The position numbers and the translations under genes were made by a program. Shown here in pieces: positions 1 through 12,149 of a stretch of 64,000 nucleotides of DNA. Location: positions 1,231,324 through 1,295,323 of the forward strand of contig OZ316891.1 of the NCBI GenBank assembly GCA_973895155.1, written 5' to 3'. Origin of the DNA: Marsupella aquatica. Taxonomy: Eukaryota > Plantae > Marchantiophyta. Numbering within the stretch: the stretch's first letter is position 1; every line of letters begins with the position of its first letter. A model generated the notes under the pieces. It had not been told where the DNA came from and made no database searches. It saw nothing but the letters and a program-made list of their open reading frames with translations.

Positions 1-1880
1 TGTTGAAGAAACGCTCCTGATCACACATCACGCCCCACATCACTCGTCGTCTCACCCAACCAAACCTCACGCAACGTCGGATGAGTGCCCACATGAAAAA
101 TCCCTAGCGTACCATCTCCACCTCCAGCTATGACGTAGACTCGCACCTGCTCCATCCAGAATCGTCTCCCGTGTCAGCCGAACTGCACGGTGTGCCCCAG
201 TTGTCAGCTTTTCAGAGAGATTTGTAGTCTGTGAGCAGAACGCTGAGCTTGGGGAAGATCTAAAGCTTGTTCCAGATGTTGCCAGATGTTCGGATTCACA
301 CAATCCCCCTTCGTTGCCATCGTCTCTTTCCAGGACGGCACTGCACTGGGCTCTCCGTTGGGCTGATGGAGATTAGTGTAGACGGCCTTTTGAATGGAAC
401 GGGGAATGGATTGAACTTGCTGAGTATGTTCTTCTGTGGCTTTATCACTAGAGCTTGCTCTCTGGCTTCACTATGGCGTATTACTGAAAACACTATATCA
501 GCTGGAAAGAAGGAACTTCTTCCAAGCTTGGCAACCAATGCTGAATTGAAAACTGTTTGGCATGGTGTAATGATGTCACTCTACTTTTCGAGTTCCAAAA
601 CTGCTTCCAGAGGGGTCCATTAAAAGAAAAACACAGAATTCCATCCAATTCCAGGAGCAAAGAATCATATTAATGTTTTTATTAATGATTACCTTAGATT
701 TATATTACTGTGTCTTTTTTAGGAATCCGAAACCCATGGACCACATTTCCCAAAATCTGAGTTAAAATTTAATAACTTGATATGTTTTCCCCTCTGCGAT
801 TTCTAATAGAATTTTCATCAAAGATTGCAGCAGGGAATAATCACAGATTGCAGAGATGGATTTTCCCCTTTGCAATAGGGTTTCTGGATATGCTCGAGGA
901 GTAGGTAAAGCTACACTTCCATCAAAGTGAGAGTGATTTTTTTGCCATTTTGATTGAGTTTTTCATCACAAATTGCAGAGGGGAAATTCTATAAGAATAA
1001 TTTTCATTGTGTTAACATGAAATAGGTGGGTTTGTGTGCTTTTTCATGTCTCCTCCTTCTAGTAGGTGCAACACAAAAACTCATTTTAGTAATCATAATC
1101 ACCAAAGTTAGGGCCCCACACTCCCATGGACCACCAAATTGTGGTCCACCCTACCGGTGCTTCAGTTTCATTTTGTAGCTTCTTATTGGTTGATTTTATT
1201 CACCCAAATGCATGAGATAGCAAATACATTACAACTTTCTTGAGGATAGTACTTATCTTCAATGCCATAACAGAATTTATGAGGAATGAATGAGTCTAGC
1301 TAGCATCTTTAATGTAGTAGTGGTATACACTGATTGAAAATTACCCAAAATTAAAATAAGACTGAAAAAAAACTACTGAGGGGATAACAGATGTTACAAA
1401 CAATTATAGAAAACACATATCTTTGTGATTGATAGAATAGCTGCTGTTACAATATATTTGAGCCAAAGTGGGTGAATTGTATAATATGATTTGAGCCTTA
1501 AAGTGAAATATAAAAATTATTTTGTGATTTTAATAGACAAAAGGAGGTATATACAGGAAGAGGAAGGGCTTCCAAACTAACCACTACACACCTTGAAACC
1601 TGGCTTGCTTTTCTTGGGGCCCTTTCCCCTCTTTTCCTTTCCTTCATAGGGTTTGCCGGGCTTGGCATTTTTTGCCCTTGGGCACTTTGATATATATATT
1701 TTTTGCCTCATAATAACTTGCAAAGGTACGATGCTGCCGTGTATGCTGTCTTGATCTGAACAAGTACCAGGGTATCTACGGTACTGTACGTTAATGTTGT
1801 GGCAACCAAGCCAAACCAACTCTTCCTCTGGTACTCTGGCATATACACTTATATATGGGGGAGCCCCTGTTTAATGCTAA

Positions 1881-2119
1881 GGCTTATCTTGCATGTAGCT
1901 GGCCCTGAATTGTTCAGCGCATAAAACTCCATAGACTGCCTGGAAAAAGGTGTGCTTGCTCGTTGCTGGGTAGACATTTTGTAGGGGCACCATGCAGGGA
2001 ATTGGTAAGTTTCAAAGGCCAGGATGTCAAAGGACAGGAAACTTCTCCTGCACTGCTACGCTCTCAGAGCATTGGTTCAGGGTTGCAAATTGAAGGGCTG
2101 GCCACATACAAGATAACTC
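1881..2119. mobile_element. Tourist/PIF-Harbinger-type MITE (first of a tandem train)
   Basis: The left end GGCTTATCTTGCATGT matches the reverse complement of the right end GAGTTATCTTGTATGT at 13/16, and similarity continues for about 30 bp. TAA lies on both sides (1878-1880, 2120-2122). The TIR resembles that of the element at 53328. Confidence 0.7.
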
Positions 2120-2122
2120 TAA

Positions 2123-2554
2123 GAGCATCCACACAGGTTACCCACTGCGGGCTGCTATCGGGACAATTTGAGGGGCCAATGCAGGCGGGGAAAGCCACTC
2201 CATCCCCAAAGAAGAGACAGATTGCACTGATGGCTGCCATTCAGCCCTGCATGTTTCTAGCTTGTGCATGCAAATCTTGTCACAAAAACACAAGAGATCT
2301 CAAGGAATGTGACAACAATGTAGGACTTGGACATGTGGCAGTGCAAATGAATAGCTCTGGACGACCTGTCTGGCAACCAGGAAAAGCAGCAGATATGTCA
2401 TTCAGCATATCGAGTTGGGTCTGTTCCTGGAAAAAAGATTGGGATGTCATCCACCGGAGCAAGATGAAAAGGGCCCCCTTAACCCTACACTACTCAACCG
2501 TAAACTACTCCAAGACCGGTGCACGGCCAATGGAGAGTACCTGTGTGGATGCTC
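2123..2554. mobile_element. Tourist/PIF-Harbinger-type MITE, 432 bp
   Basis: Perfect 16-bp TIR: GAGCATCCACACAGGT (2123-2138) and ACCTGTGTGGATGCTC (2539-2554). TAA TSD at 2120-2122 and 2555-2557. A GAGCA terminus with a TAA TSD is typical of Tourist elements. Confidence 0.88.
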
Positions 2555-2557
2555 TAA

Positions 2558-2721
2558 GGGCATCTAAAAGTGCAAACCAATCTTATCATTCTTCAAATCT
2601 CCCACTAAACAGATTCCAAAGAGGGCCATGGACGAAAAACATCCTGCCGAGTACTCTAAAAGATGGAGCTGATCTCAACAGTTCACGAAAAGGGAGGGGA
2701 GGCCCACACATGAAGATGCCT
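2558..2721. mobile_element. possible third, older Tourist-like MITE
   Basis: Starts GGGCATCT directly after the TAA and ends AGATGCCT followed by TGA. The TIR match is about 11/15 and the TSD is imperfect. Confidence 0.35.
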
Positions 2722-3648
2722 TGAGTAAAACTTGTTGTCGGATTGTTTGAATTATTCAAACTTCATGTCAGTGCAAGAAGGAGAGTTGGTTATAAAAACA
2801 TTCTGCTAAACGAAGACTGTATGCAAAGTGGCCCTGGACCAGGCAACATCATAGACTCAACAACATACAATTGCAAGAGTAGAAGTAATGGATGGCAAGG
2901 TAGTGCTTCAGACAAACTTTTATGCTTGTTAGCTTTCAGATATAGATACATCACTCGAAAAAGTACAACGAGCTAAAAGCACGAAGGAATGGTGTGCTTA
3001 ATGTTCCAAGAGTGGCCGTGTTGGCACTATCTCCTTTCAGGAAATGTAAGATCTAAATACCGTCCTGGTGATATTAATTAATTAATTAATCTGTTCATAA
3101 AGGTTGATGCCAGTCGGCTACAGTCCGGTACCTACAAAAGAGTTCAAGAGCGATTTTGCTATGGAGCCACTAAGACACAACGTACTACCTAAATCTAACT
3201 TAACTGTAGATTAGATGGAAAGGAGTCGACAAGTGTAGGTGCTCATTCCCGATGTCATCCTAAAGGTAGATGAGAATTCCTGATGAAGGTCTAACGGGAT
3301 TAGCTGATTCAAGAGAGGACAGTGACTTAATTTCAGATGTGGGTACGACAGGAATCAGGATTTAGCGCTCTGCACATCTCATAAAAATGGAGTAATAACA
3401 GGGTATGAAGAAAGAGTTCGATAATTGCCTGAGAATGTCTGTCCTTGCGCTCCACAGGATTTTACCATTCAAGGACAAACATGCCTACAGACACTATAAT
3501 GCTGCACATTCCTTCCTTGACATGTCTTACAGGTTTCCCAAAACTGTATATTCCTAAACCTTTCGAGAGTTGAATTGGTCGAACTCTGGGGACGGGTGGT
3601 GGAGGGGAGGGCTTTGAAGGTTTTAAACTTCACGGGCAGGCTCTAAAT

Positions 3649-5969
3649 TCAAGCTACTGTGCTCTCGACGAGGAGGAGGCGATGGTATGGCCTACCTGCA
3701 TCATCTTTCATCACGTCTCGTGGGACTTTGCGAATTTGGTTGAATATGTGCAGCTCATCCTGCACTAGTCCAAAATTGGCATCCTTGTCTCCAATTTGCG
3801 AGACTTTTACAGTTGAGTAACCTAAGTGCGGTAAAAGCTCTTCGGGCCAGTCACTGTGGAAGTAGAACTTTGTCTTGAGCTCCTTCCCCAGATGCGTGGA
3901 TGATTCATTCATAAAATCAGCTAGCAGCACCGAGTCCTTCCCGCAATTGCCCGAGATAACCTCTAAAAGGGACTTCGCCTGTTCATCTTTAAGGTAATAG
4001 AGCAATCCTTCCAGAATCCACACAGTATGTAGACTAGAATCGAAGCCCGCCTGCTCCAGCCGTTGAAACCAGTCCTTGCGAGACACGTCTGCGGCAACCC
4101 GCTCAACGTGCTTTGCGTGTAAGGAAGGCAGTACTCTCCCAGCTTTCTCAACAACGCCAAGAATTGCGTCCTTCAGGTCCAGAACCTTGGCGAAGTCGAC
4201 CTCAAAGACTGAACAACCTTCGAGAAAGCTCAAACGATACACTCGTGTGTCCATTCCTGCACATGGCGCCCCGGACGTCATATACGGTTTCATTTTTGCG
4301 CCGAGGGAAGTGACTTGCTTGCTATGGATAACTGTAGGCAGGGCGCCCAACAAGGTCATCAGAGTACTAACTCTACGATTGCGAAAAAATAAATTTGGAT
4401 TTTGCAGTAAGGAGCAAAATGAGACCGGATGTCCAAAGCCAATCTAACAGCTACAATGGACCAATTTCTCTCGAACAAGAACAAATAGTCGATACCTTGG
4501 CGATATCTATGTACCGCAAATCACGGAATGGACGCAGAGGTTCTCGTACCATTAACAATTTCGAGTTTGGACTCCTTGGAAGGTGGAAGGAATGATACCA
4601 GGCGGCTAATAACGATGACGGGACGCCAAATACGTGTTTTAATTGAAGGCTAATACAAGCTATAACTCTCAGGATTGTCAATCCGTTGTATGTCAAAAAC
4701 CGAATCTATTTCTTGTGAATAAGTTCACCTCGACAGAAACAACGAAATGCATTCTCAATGACCAACCAGAGATCAAACAGTGCAGATCTGAGGTTCTGGT
4801 GAGATCACAAAAATTTCTCGATTTTCCTAGGATCAGGCATTCTGGGCGACCCACCGGGATCACGGGACGCCGTACAATTATTTAAATTTAACTCTAAGAC
4901 TCGAACATAAACATCCCACAGATTTGTCAACCAGTCGATTCATAGGTTGTAAAGTGTTTGAATTTTGTTTTCTTTTGAAACGGCGAGAGAAGAGAACAAG
5001 AGTTTGGTTTGTGGACGAACCTGCTCCGAGGAGAACCACTTGCGGTCGGGAAGGAAATCGGCGGATGGCAGTTTCTACAAGAGAGTCGAACCATAATGTA
5101 CGCACTGCGAGCATCACTCCCGCTAATTCGCGGGATTTATTCGCTCGGTCCTTCATCAATTTTTCTCTCATGCTCCGCAACAATGTCTTCCCTGCAAGGA
5201 CCTCGGCCAAGGGATCATGTATGACGTGGGCCCAGAGCGCGCGCCCCGCTGCTGTCTGACATGCACTTCTTTCGAGGACATCCCTCTCAGGATCTAACGT
5301 GTTATGCAATTCCTCTACCAGATCCAATTCTTCTCCGCTACCAGAGTGCATCAAATGGTCACCGAAATCTACAGCATTCTCCCCATTCGCTTCGGGTGGC
5401 GAAAGTGCCGGGTTTGGACTAGTCCTCTGGTGCAGCTCACGGTCGTCCTCATCCACGTGCAATTCGATCTCCACGGTGTCGCTAGGTGAATCACCAGTAG
5501 ACTCGGTGCTGTTTCCGTGAACAGAAGGTATAATGCTGCGACGGCTCTCCACGGAACTTGACGAATCATTACTGCTGCGAAGAAGGAGCTCACTAGAGGA
5601 GTCCATAGCGAGCATTGCTGCGCGGATATGCCTACGTGCGATTACTAGCACCCCAGAGTTCCTCCCAGTGTCAAGGACGCTGTCAAAGCGACGAAGGTGC
5701 TGCCCTCCTTGAATTCCTCCTGCTGCGTTACGAACCTCGCCTCCTTCGCTGATAGAAAATTCGCTACGATACCTTCGCCCGCAGCAGAGTCAAGCGAGGA
5801 TCGGAGTAACAAGCGTAAGGCCATACATAATTCAAAACCTGCTCTGTCCGCCAGTAGTGTCGTTCCCGGCAGTGACGCCAAGAACGTTACGACGACAAGC
5901 ACAGCGGCCACAACGACAACAAAATGCCGAGGAGGAAGCTTGGCGAAGTAGAGCGCTGCTGCTGGCCAT
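3649..5969 (-). CDS. SAM-dependent methyltransferase, leucine carboxyl methyltransferase (LCM/Ppm1-like) family, probably organelle-targeted
   Basis: Core exons are 5021..(5615 or 5748) and 3649..4256, joined by a GT-AG intron 4257..5020 that rebuilds QVVLLGAGMDTR. Other family motifs are AVRTLWFD, VFEVD and TVWILEGLLYYL. A putative extra 5' exon 5839..5969 (MASSSALLRQASSS...) splices in frame to 5748. Otherwise the start is ATG 5615 or 5606. Confidence 0.88.
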
Positions 5970-6325
5970 CCCCGGTTCAAAATCACCAGATGCAGCCACA
6001 ATTATATCGAGATTGCCGACCAGAATTCAGCAAACAGAACGCACGCCCGCAGAGAGACCTCAAGCTGAACTAAATTCGCTCTGTCGTCCGTCCCCCGCCC
6101 CCCACCTCATCCGAATACAACTCCTGCTACTGGCCAACAACGCTCTCCGCACTACGAACAGACAAATGCCCAATTCAAGTAAAAAATTCAGAAAAACAAT
6201 TCGTCCTCTAGCATCTGTTCTCTCATTCCGCTCCCGTCCGGTGCCTCACAATACCGAGCACCTCCCTTCCCCTGTCCCTCCCTGCCTCACGATGCTGGAG
6301 CAGCAGAGCATAATCAGCCAATGGA

Positions 6326-6530
6326 GGTAAAATCACTCCTAAAATTCTTACTCTCCGATCCCTCCTCACTCCCTCCTTCCCTTCCCAGTCCCTGCTGCTG
6401 CTCGTGGTGAGAGAAGAGCATCCTCAATCAATCAAATAATCGCCACACGGTGGTAAAATCGCTACTAAAATTCTTACTCTCCGGTCCCTCCTACAGTCCT
6501 GCTATTGGTGCGAAAGAGCATCAATCAATC
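6326..6530. repeat. ~125-bp imperfect tandem duplication upstream of the methyltransferase
   Basis: GGTAAAATC.CT.CTAAAATTCTTACTCTCCG.TCCCTCCT occurs at ~6326 and ~6452, each followed by CCTGCT...AAGAGCATC..AATCAATC. A (GTTT)/(CATT) low-complexity tract follows at ~6645-6750. Confidence 0.75.
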
Positions 6531-9500
6531 CTCCTTCAGCATCACCACCACTGCATCCAGAGCCTCATCTTTCTTCCCTCTCTTTCTGTCTTTCTTCCTC
6601 CTTGAAATCAGCAGTCCGTCCCACCGTCAGGGGCAGAAAGTGCGTTTTGTTGGCTTGTTCGTTTCATTTCATTCGTTTCATTCATTCATTCGCTCTGCTT
6701 CGTTTCGTTTCGTTTGTTTGTTTGTTCGTGCGTTTGTTTGTTTCTTTGCGTCCTGAAAACTCTCCCCGTCCTCCACCGCGCATAGTCGATCGACGAGCTC
6801 TGCAATTGTAAGGCTCCCATTGTCGAGTCCCACTGCTGCGATTAGAACCACGAGACTCCCAATTCCTTACCATATCACCGCGCCCTCCATCATCAGCCTC
6901 TCGTTCCCCAGCCCGCCATCCGCACCCGTTCCCCGGCCCGGCCAACCCATTATTCTCATCCAACCGCGGATGTGAGCGTCGGCCCAGATCGACGGCCCCC
7001 TCGGCCTCGTGGATTGTGAACTTTGCAATCGCTTCCGTCCATTTTAACCCTTCTCGTAACTTGAGGGCCATGACTTGACCTGAGTTCCCCCTCTTCTAGT
7101 CGCCACATTGCCACAACGCGTACCTCCCCTTGCTCTTTCAACAATCTTTCTTATACTACACTATACTATACTACTACTGTATAATAAATAAATAATGGGT
7201 TAACAAGACTGTCCAATCAATCCATGCCATCTATGTAAACTTATCACAACAATTAACTAACTCAAAATTCAGCAATCAAACCGTTAATTCACTCTACGTG
7301 TTATCCAGACAAAATAGAGGTTCAAAATAATAACAAATAAATAACTCATTTTAGATATTGACGCGTGCTTAGCTATGTTAGCAGTGGACCCATCCTTGCT
7401 ACCGGTAGTATATGCATGAGATTAGCATCGTACCCATGCTTGACAATTTAAGCATCTGATTCGTGCTCGGATAATTTTAGCCCAGAATTCATACTTGGTC
7501 CATTCGAGTACAAAGGACCCACATTGTTCATAACCCATGCCTTTACCAGGGGCTAGGAGCTACTGTAGCAAACATTGTGTCATTGGTAGCGGATGTTGCG
7601 AAGTAAGATTTTGGCTAACATTTGCCAAAAAGAAGGCTGATTTCAGTGAAATCCAGGAATTTCAGTGATTTGAATGTTGCACTAGGTAGTTTTAGTCCCA
7701 TCTTCTTTACAATCTCTCCCCCTACATTTGACTTGCAGTTGCATTTCCTTGTTTTTGCAATAAAGTTAGGCGGGGTGTCCACCTTTAAATCGCCCACTGT
7801 CCCTAAAAGCTTTGGGAGGACAAACTAGTCACTCTTTGCCCACTCTTTTACTTTGTTAAGAATACTATAGACTAACTGCACTGACCTGGATTCATAGGTT
7901 TTGCTTTGCCCAGGGTTTCTGTAAACCCTTTCCAGGGAATACAGCAACAATTTTCTTGGCATAAATTTGCTGGATGCTACCCTCTCTCAAAAGCTTGGTC
8001 ACGTTTGGTTTTCTGTTTGCCAATAGCCAGTTTCCCACTTAGCCACTGATCCTGTTAACCGGATCTGACAGTCATGCTTAAATCTGAGAAGATCTGATGA
8101 CCAGAAATTACTTTACAAAAACAAGTAAAGAATGTTCTTAGATTTCCTCCTTCATTAGCAGTACGTCGGCTACCAGCGAAAAGGGAAAAAACATGCTCCG
8201 CTGGGAGGCGATGAGTCTGACCAGGGTCACCCGTTGCTCTCGTGGCTCCGGCTGAGTCGTCCTTATTCCGACCAAAAGGCCCGCGATTTGTTGCACGTCC
8301 CGCAATATCGTCCCCATTCAATTCACCTCAGAGACGTTCGCCCCCAACCACGAGAGTGCCCTGACAGTGCACCGGCCTTTCCGATAGCCTCCCAGCTTTG
8401 AAGGTGTGTATTGACGTACCTTCGATAGCAGTCTTCTGAAATCCTCGTCGCACCAGCATAACATCGTCCAGTATAACAAGGCTACAAGACAGTACTGTAC
8501 CCGTAAAGAACCTGCATGACATGTGATAAATGACCGAGCAATGAATATGTGATAGCTGAGACAGGACGATCATGAGTGAGTGATGAGTGATGGCAAATGG
8601 AAATATGGATGGATAAATTGGAGTCGAGAATATGTATGGCTGTGAGTCTGTGACCGATGGGCACACATGAGCAGGCCTGAGCAGACACATGGAGGAGATC
8701 CTGCGCACCAACCCAAGCCGCGGAAAAGAGTTTGGAGATCGAATCCTTGTACTTCTGTGCGCTTTTCCCATTTCAATTTCGAGACGAAACTACGAAAGGC
8801 TTAAAGCATGACCATGAATTATTAATTTATTGCTCGGATTCATTCCTGGCATTTGGGCTTCCTAATTCCTAATTGGCAGACTTTTCTTACAGAGTTCCGA
8901 GATCTCCTTTGTGACGCGTGGATCTCGCAATCTTGTCCTTTGCAATCCGATCTGGGAAAAGTTTAAGATTATTTTGAGAGCTACAGATTTGTTTACGAAA
9001 TAACTGTGTGTCAAATTATTGGGAAATGATGCTCTGATGGACAGACACCGTGAACCACGAACTCATTTTCTATATTGATCTGTTTGACATCCAGTGCATT
9101 GTCTCTTTTTACGCACTTCCCATGCTTCTTATTCCAACCACTCTAATATCTTTAACTTTCATGAAAAATTGAGAGGGATATGATTTTCTAAAGATTATTC
9201 CATCTCTCATTCTCTACATTGGAGCAGCTAACTTTGACTATGGCACTTGGGTGGGGCTATGGGAATTACACGATGACATGCACTCTCCAGGTTCTCCTTG
9301 TCCCACCCCGCCCTCCTTGAATTGTCACAAATCCACTATTAGGTGCCCCGCAGGTCCCCACTCACTGGCCTGTCTTACAAAGTGTGCCCCTCCTCACTGC
9401 AGTAGTTAGGTTTAGCAGCCTGTCTCTGGTCTTTCTTCTTGTCCTGGTGCCAGCCCTCCGGGTTCTCTGGGCACTTCGGCCTTTGGTCCTTCGGGTGCTG

Positions 9501-9599
9501 ACCCTTTTGTGGGCCGCCCTTCTTGTATGCTGGTTTTTTTTAATGAATTTCACTTGGTTTTGTACCAGACTAAAAAAACTTTGACATTGGATATATCTC

Positions 9600-10460
9600 T
9601 CAATGTCTAATGAAATCTGATTTTCTTGGGTCTTAGAAATGGTTTGGAGCCCTGCAATTTCAGCAATGATTGTTTTCTTTTCTTGTCACATTTCACTCAT
9701 CAATGTAACATGCACTATTTGAGCATGAAAGGGGATTTTGCTGCAGTCCATCCACTCAGGTTACAAAAGTCTTTTCAAGCATGGTTGGCAAGTATGGGGA
9801 TCCATCCCAGCTTCAAATTTTCAGATTATTGTGCCTATCATTGTAAAAAGAAGTTGCCAAAATTACCGCAATGGGTCTCTGACACATAGATGGACTCTGT
9901 CCAAGAATACTAATTTGCTAAAGTAGGAGCGTCGACAGCAGAAATGTAACAAATGACCTGTAAAGAGACATATACCTGAAAAGGTTTTCACTCGCAGTGT
10001 CAAATTCCACAGAATGACCTGGAAACTACTTCACGATGTCCATCATGTTTCCTGATGTTCATCATGATTGTTCACAATTCTCCTAGATGTTCAAAATGTT
10101 TGTTGATAGACAAGTTTGGATGTCATATTCAAAATTGGACACGTCTCACACTTCAAGTATGGCCTACTATAAAACTCCTTTTTTGTCTCAAAAGCAACAT
10201 TTATTTGTCAAAAGAAAGCAAATCTAGGCAACTTTCAACACCTTTGGCCCACACTCGAAAAGGTCTTATCATATTTTCTACCCAAGATTTCCTACATCAA
10301 TCATACCACTCAATGTTTTAGACGACTATCAAGCTTTTATAGAGCAGCTAAAATAGACAACTCTGTAGAGACAACTGTCAAGCCATTAAAGAGCCGTAAA
10401 AAGTGAGCCAACACATAAATAGGAGTGCTATCAGGGTTTGAAAAATAAGAGAAAATAACA
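9600..10460 (+). mobile_element. possible degenerate LINE (L1-like) 3' fragment
   Basis: Stop-interrupted translation includes ...MIVHNSPRCSKCLLIDKFGCHIQNWTRLTLQVW, which resembles the CxxC...H...VW zf-RVT region. No intact ORF. Confidence 0.3.
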
Positions 10461-10655
10461 ATGGGCATGCCCAACAATTGTGCGTGGTTGAATAGGTTGG
10501 GATTTGGCCTTCATTTTTTGAGCTATTTTGATGTAGTTTATATTTATGGAGTCATGTTGTTAGAAGAGTTGTAGTTGCAGAACTCGACTACCCTACCACT
10601 TAGCTTCGATGTCCCTAACTCCAATGTTGAGCTCCTCCATGGTCCAGGCCCCCGG

Positions 10656-10999
10656 TGTTAGATATTGCTCTAGTCTTGTGACTCATGAGCTAACCACAGT
10701 TAGTCTAACTCGGGTTAAGACTTAGCTAATGTTAGCGGTAGTGCTGGTGTGCATATAGCCAGGGCTGATGCCAGACCCTGGTGGAACTTAGGCTCATTGT
10801 TACGGAGCTAGTTGAGAGATAGGGAGAGCTTGTGCTGTGGATGCTTGGTATGGCCGGTCGGCCTAGAGTGCAATAAAGCTCTTGTGTGTTCCCGTGGACG
10901 TAGCCTCATGTGGAGGTGAACCACGTATCTCTCTGTGTCGACTATTGTGCGTTGGATGGTTCATGGGCTTGCCGTTACGAATGTCGTCTATGCTCAACA
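10656..10999 (+). mobile_element. solo LTR, 344 bp, with perfect 5-bp TSD
   Basis: TGTT...AACA termini, CCCGG on both sides (10651-10655, 11000-11004) and an internal AATAAA (~10872). A second copy lies in opposite orientation at 58063-58403. Confidence 0.9.
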
Positions 11000-11370
11000 C
11001 CCGGGATGGCCATGCAATGAGGACTAAGTATGGGAAGACTCGTGGGCAAGGAAGCATTGCACTAGCAAAGACGATGCGTTGAGCTAGTGGCGCACACAAG
11101 GGACTTAGACTAGCATTGAGAGCTAGTTGGGTCATGGGAAGGGCCGAGCTAAGGACCGTCCATCTGGACCCCCGAGCAGACTATGATCAGTTTTGAGGGC
11201 TTGAGTGAGAGGTCCTCTTGTGCCCAAGGTAAAAAAATTAGTTGATGCAAAACATAAATTTGACGCACAGGAAATGACGTGGTTTGGGTGTAGCCATTTG
11301 GGACTTCGGTATGACAATGAGTTCCAAGGGCCGGGGCATGAGCACAAGTCCGCCCGCTTACAACCAACGT

Positions 11371-11791
11371 CTAAGGCACTTCACTTACAGACATCTAACT
11401 AGAAAGTTTTGGCCTAGGAAGTTAGCTTTGTTTCTAGTTGATTGGGTTGGAGTCCAGGTAGAGGACCAAAAATAAAGGACCAAAGTTGGTCCGAGGGTGG
11501 CAGGTTTCCAAAAGCATATATGAGTGGAGTGGTGTCAAGAGATATTGTGGTTTCTGTTTGGCATTCCCCCTTAGTAGCACGACCATCGTGCTTCACGACT
11601 TGGGCCCATGGTCCACTGGGAGACACCACTCCCCTCATATATGCTTTTGGAGACCTGTCACCCCCGGACCAACTTTTGTCCCCTATTATGGTCCTCTACC
11701 AGCTGGACTCCAAACCCTATCGACTAGACACAAAGCTAACTTGCTAGGCCCATAATTTTCTAGTTAGACGTCTGTAGGCAAAGTGGCTTAG
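11371..11791. mobile_element. foldback/long-TIR non-autonomous element (MITE-like hairpin)
   Basis: 11371-11536 is an imperfect inverted repeat of 11622-11791 (e.g. CCAAAAGCATATATGAG / CTCATATATGCTTTTGG) around an 85-bp spacer. The outermost bases include TAA (left) and TTA (right). Confidence 0.85.
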
Positions 11792-12149
11792 CCCATACGA
11801 TGTAGCTGCCTCAATCTACATAGATTCTTGCACGAGCTAAGCATTGCCTTGAGGTGGTCATTAGTGAACTTGAGGATCACCCTACTGGGTAGATGGCCAA
11901 GGAAATGTGATTCATTACTTCCAAGTTGAGTTGCACAACTTCATAAGCAGAACAATGGGGCCAGGGTTACACTTGTGGAGCATCACCACAACATGGATTT
12001 ATCCGTAAAGAGTGTTGGTCAGGTACGACCCTTGTGTTGCGGAGGAGAACGTGACCTATCACTTTGCTATGTCACACCTAAAGAATAGATGCTCTGTGCT
12101 TTTTGAATTCATTGTTGTAGCATTTACAAATCTCGTCACTAACTCCCCA

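Noticed and set aside
1-330. Minus-strand MATKGDCVNPNIWQHLEQ..., faintly like an F-box N-terminus
   Set aside because: In-frame stops follow and no LPxE-type motif is present. It is also truncated by the window edge.
1963-2724. 253-aa + strand ORF
   Set aside because: It has a non-ATG start, no recognisable domain, and runs across adjacent MITEs, so it is most likely fortuitous.
9362-9553. Arg-rich, protamine-like 63-aa ORF
   Set aside because: It has a GTG start and lies in TE-like low-complexity sequence, with no gene context.
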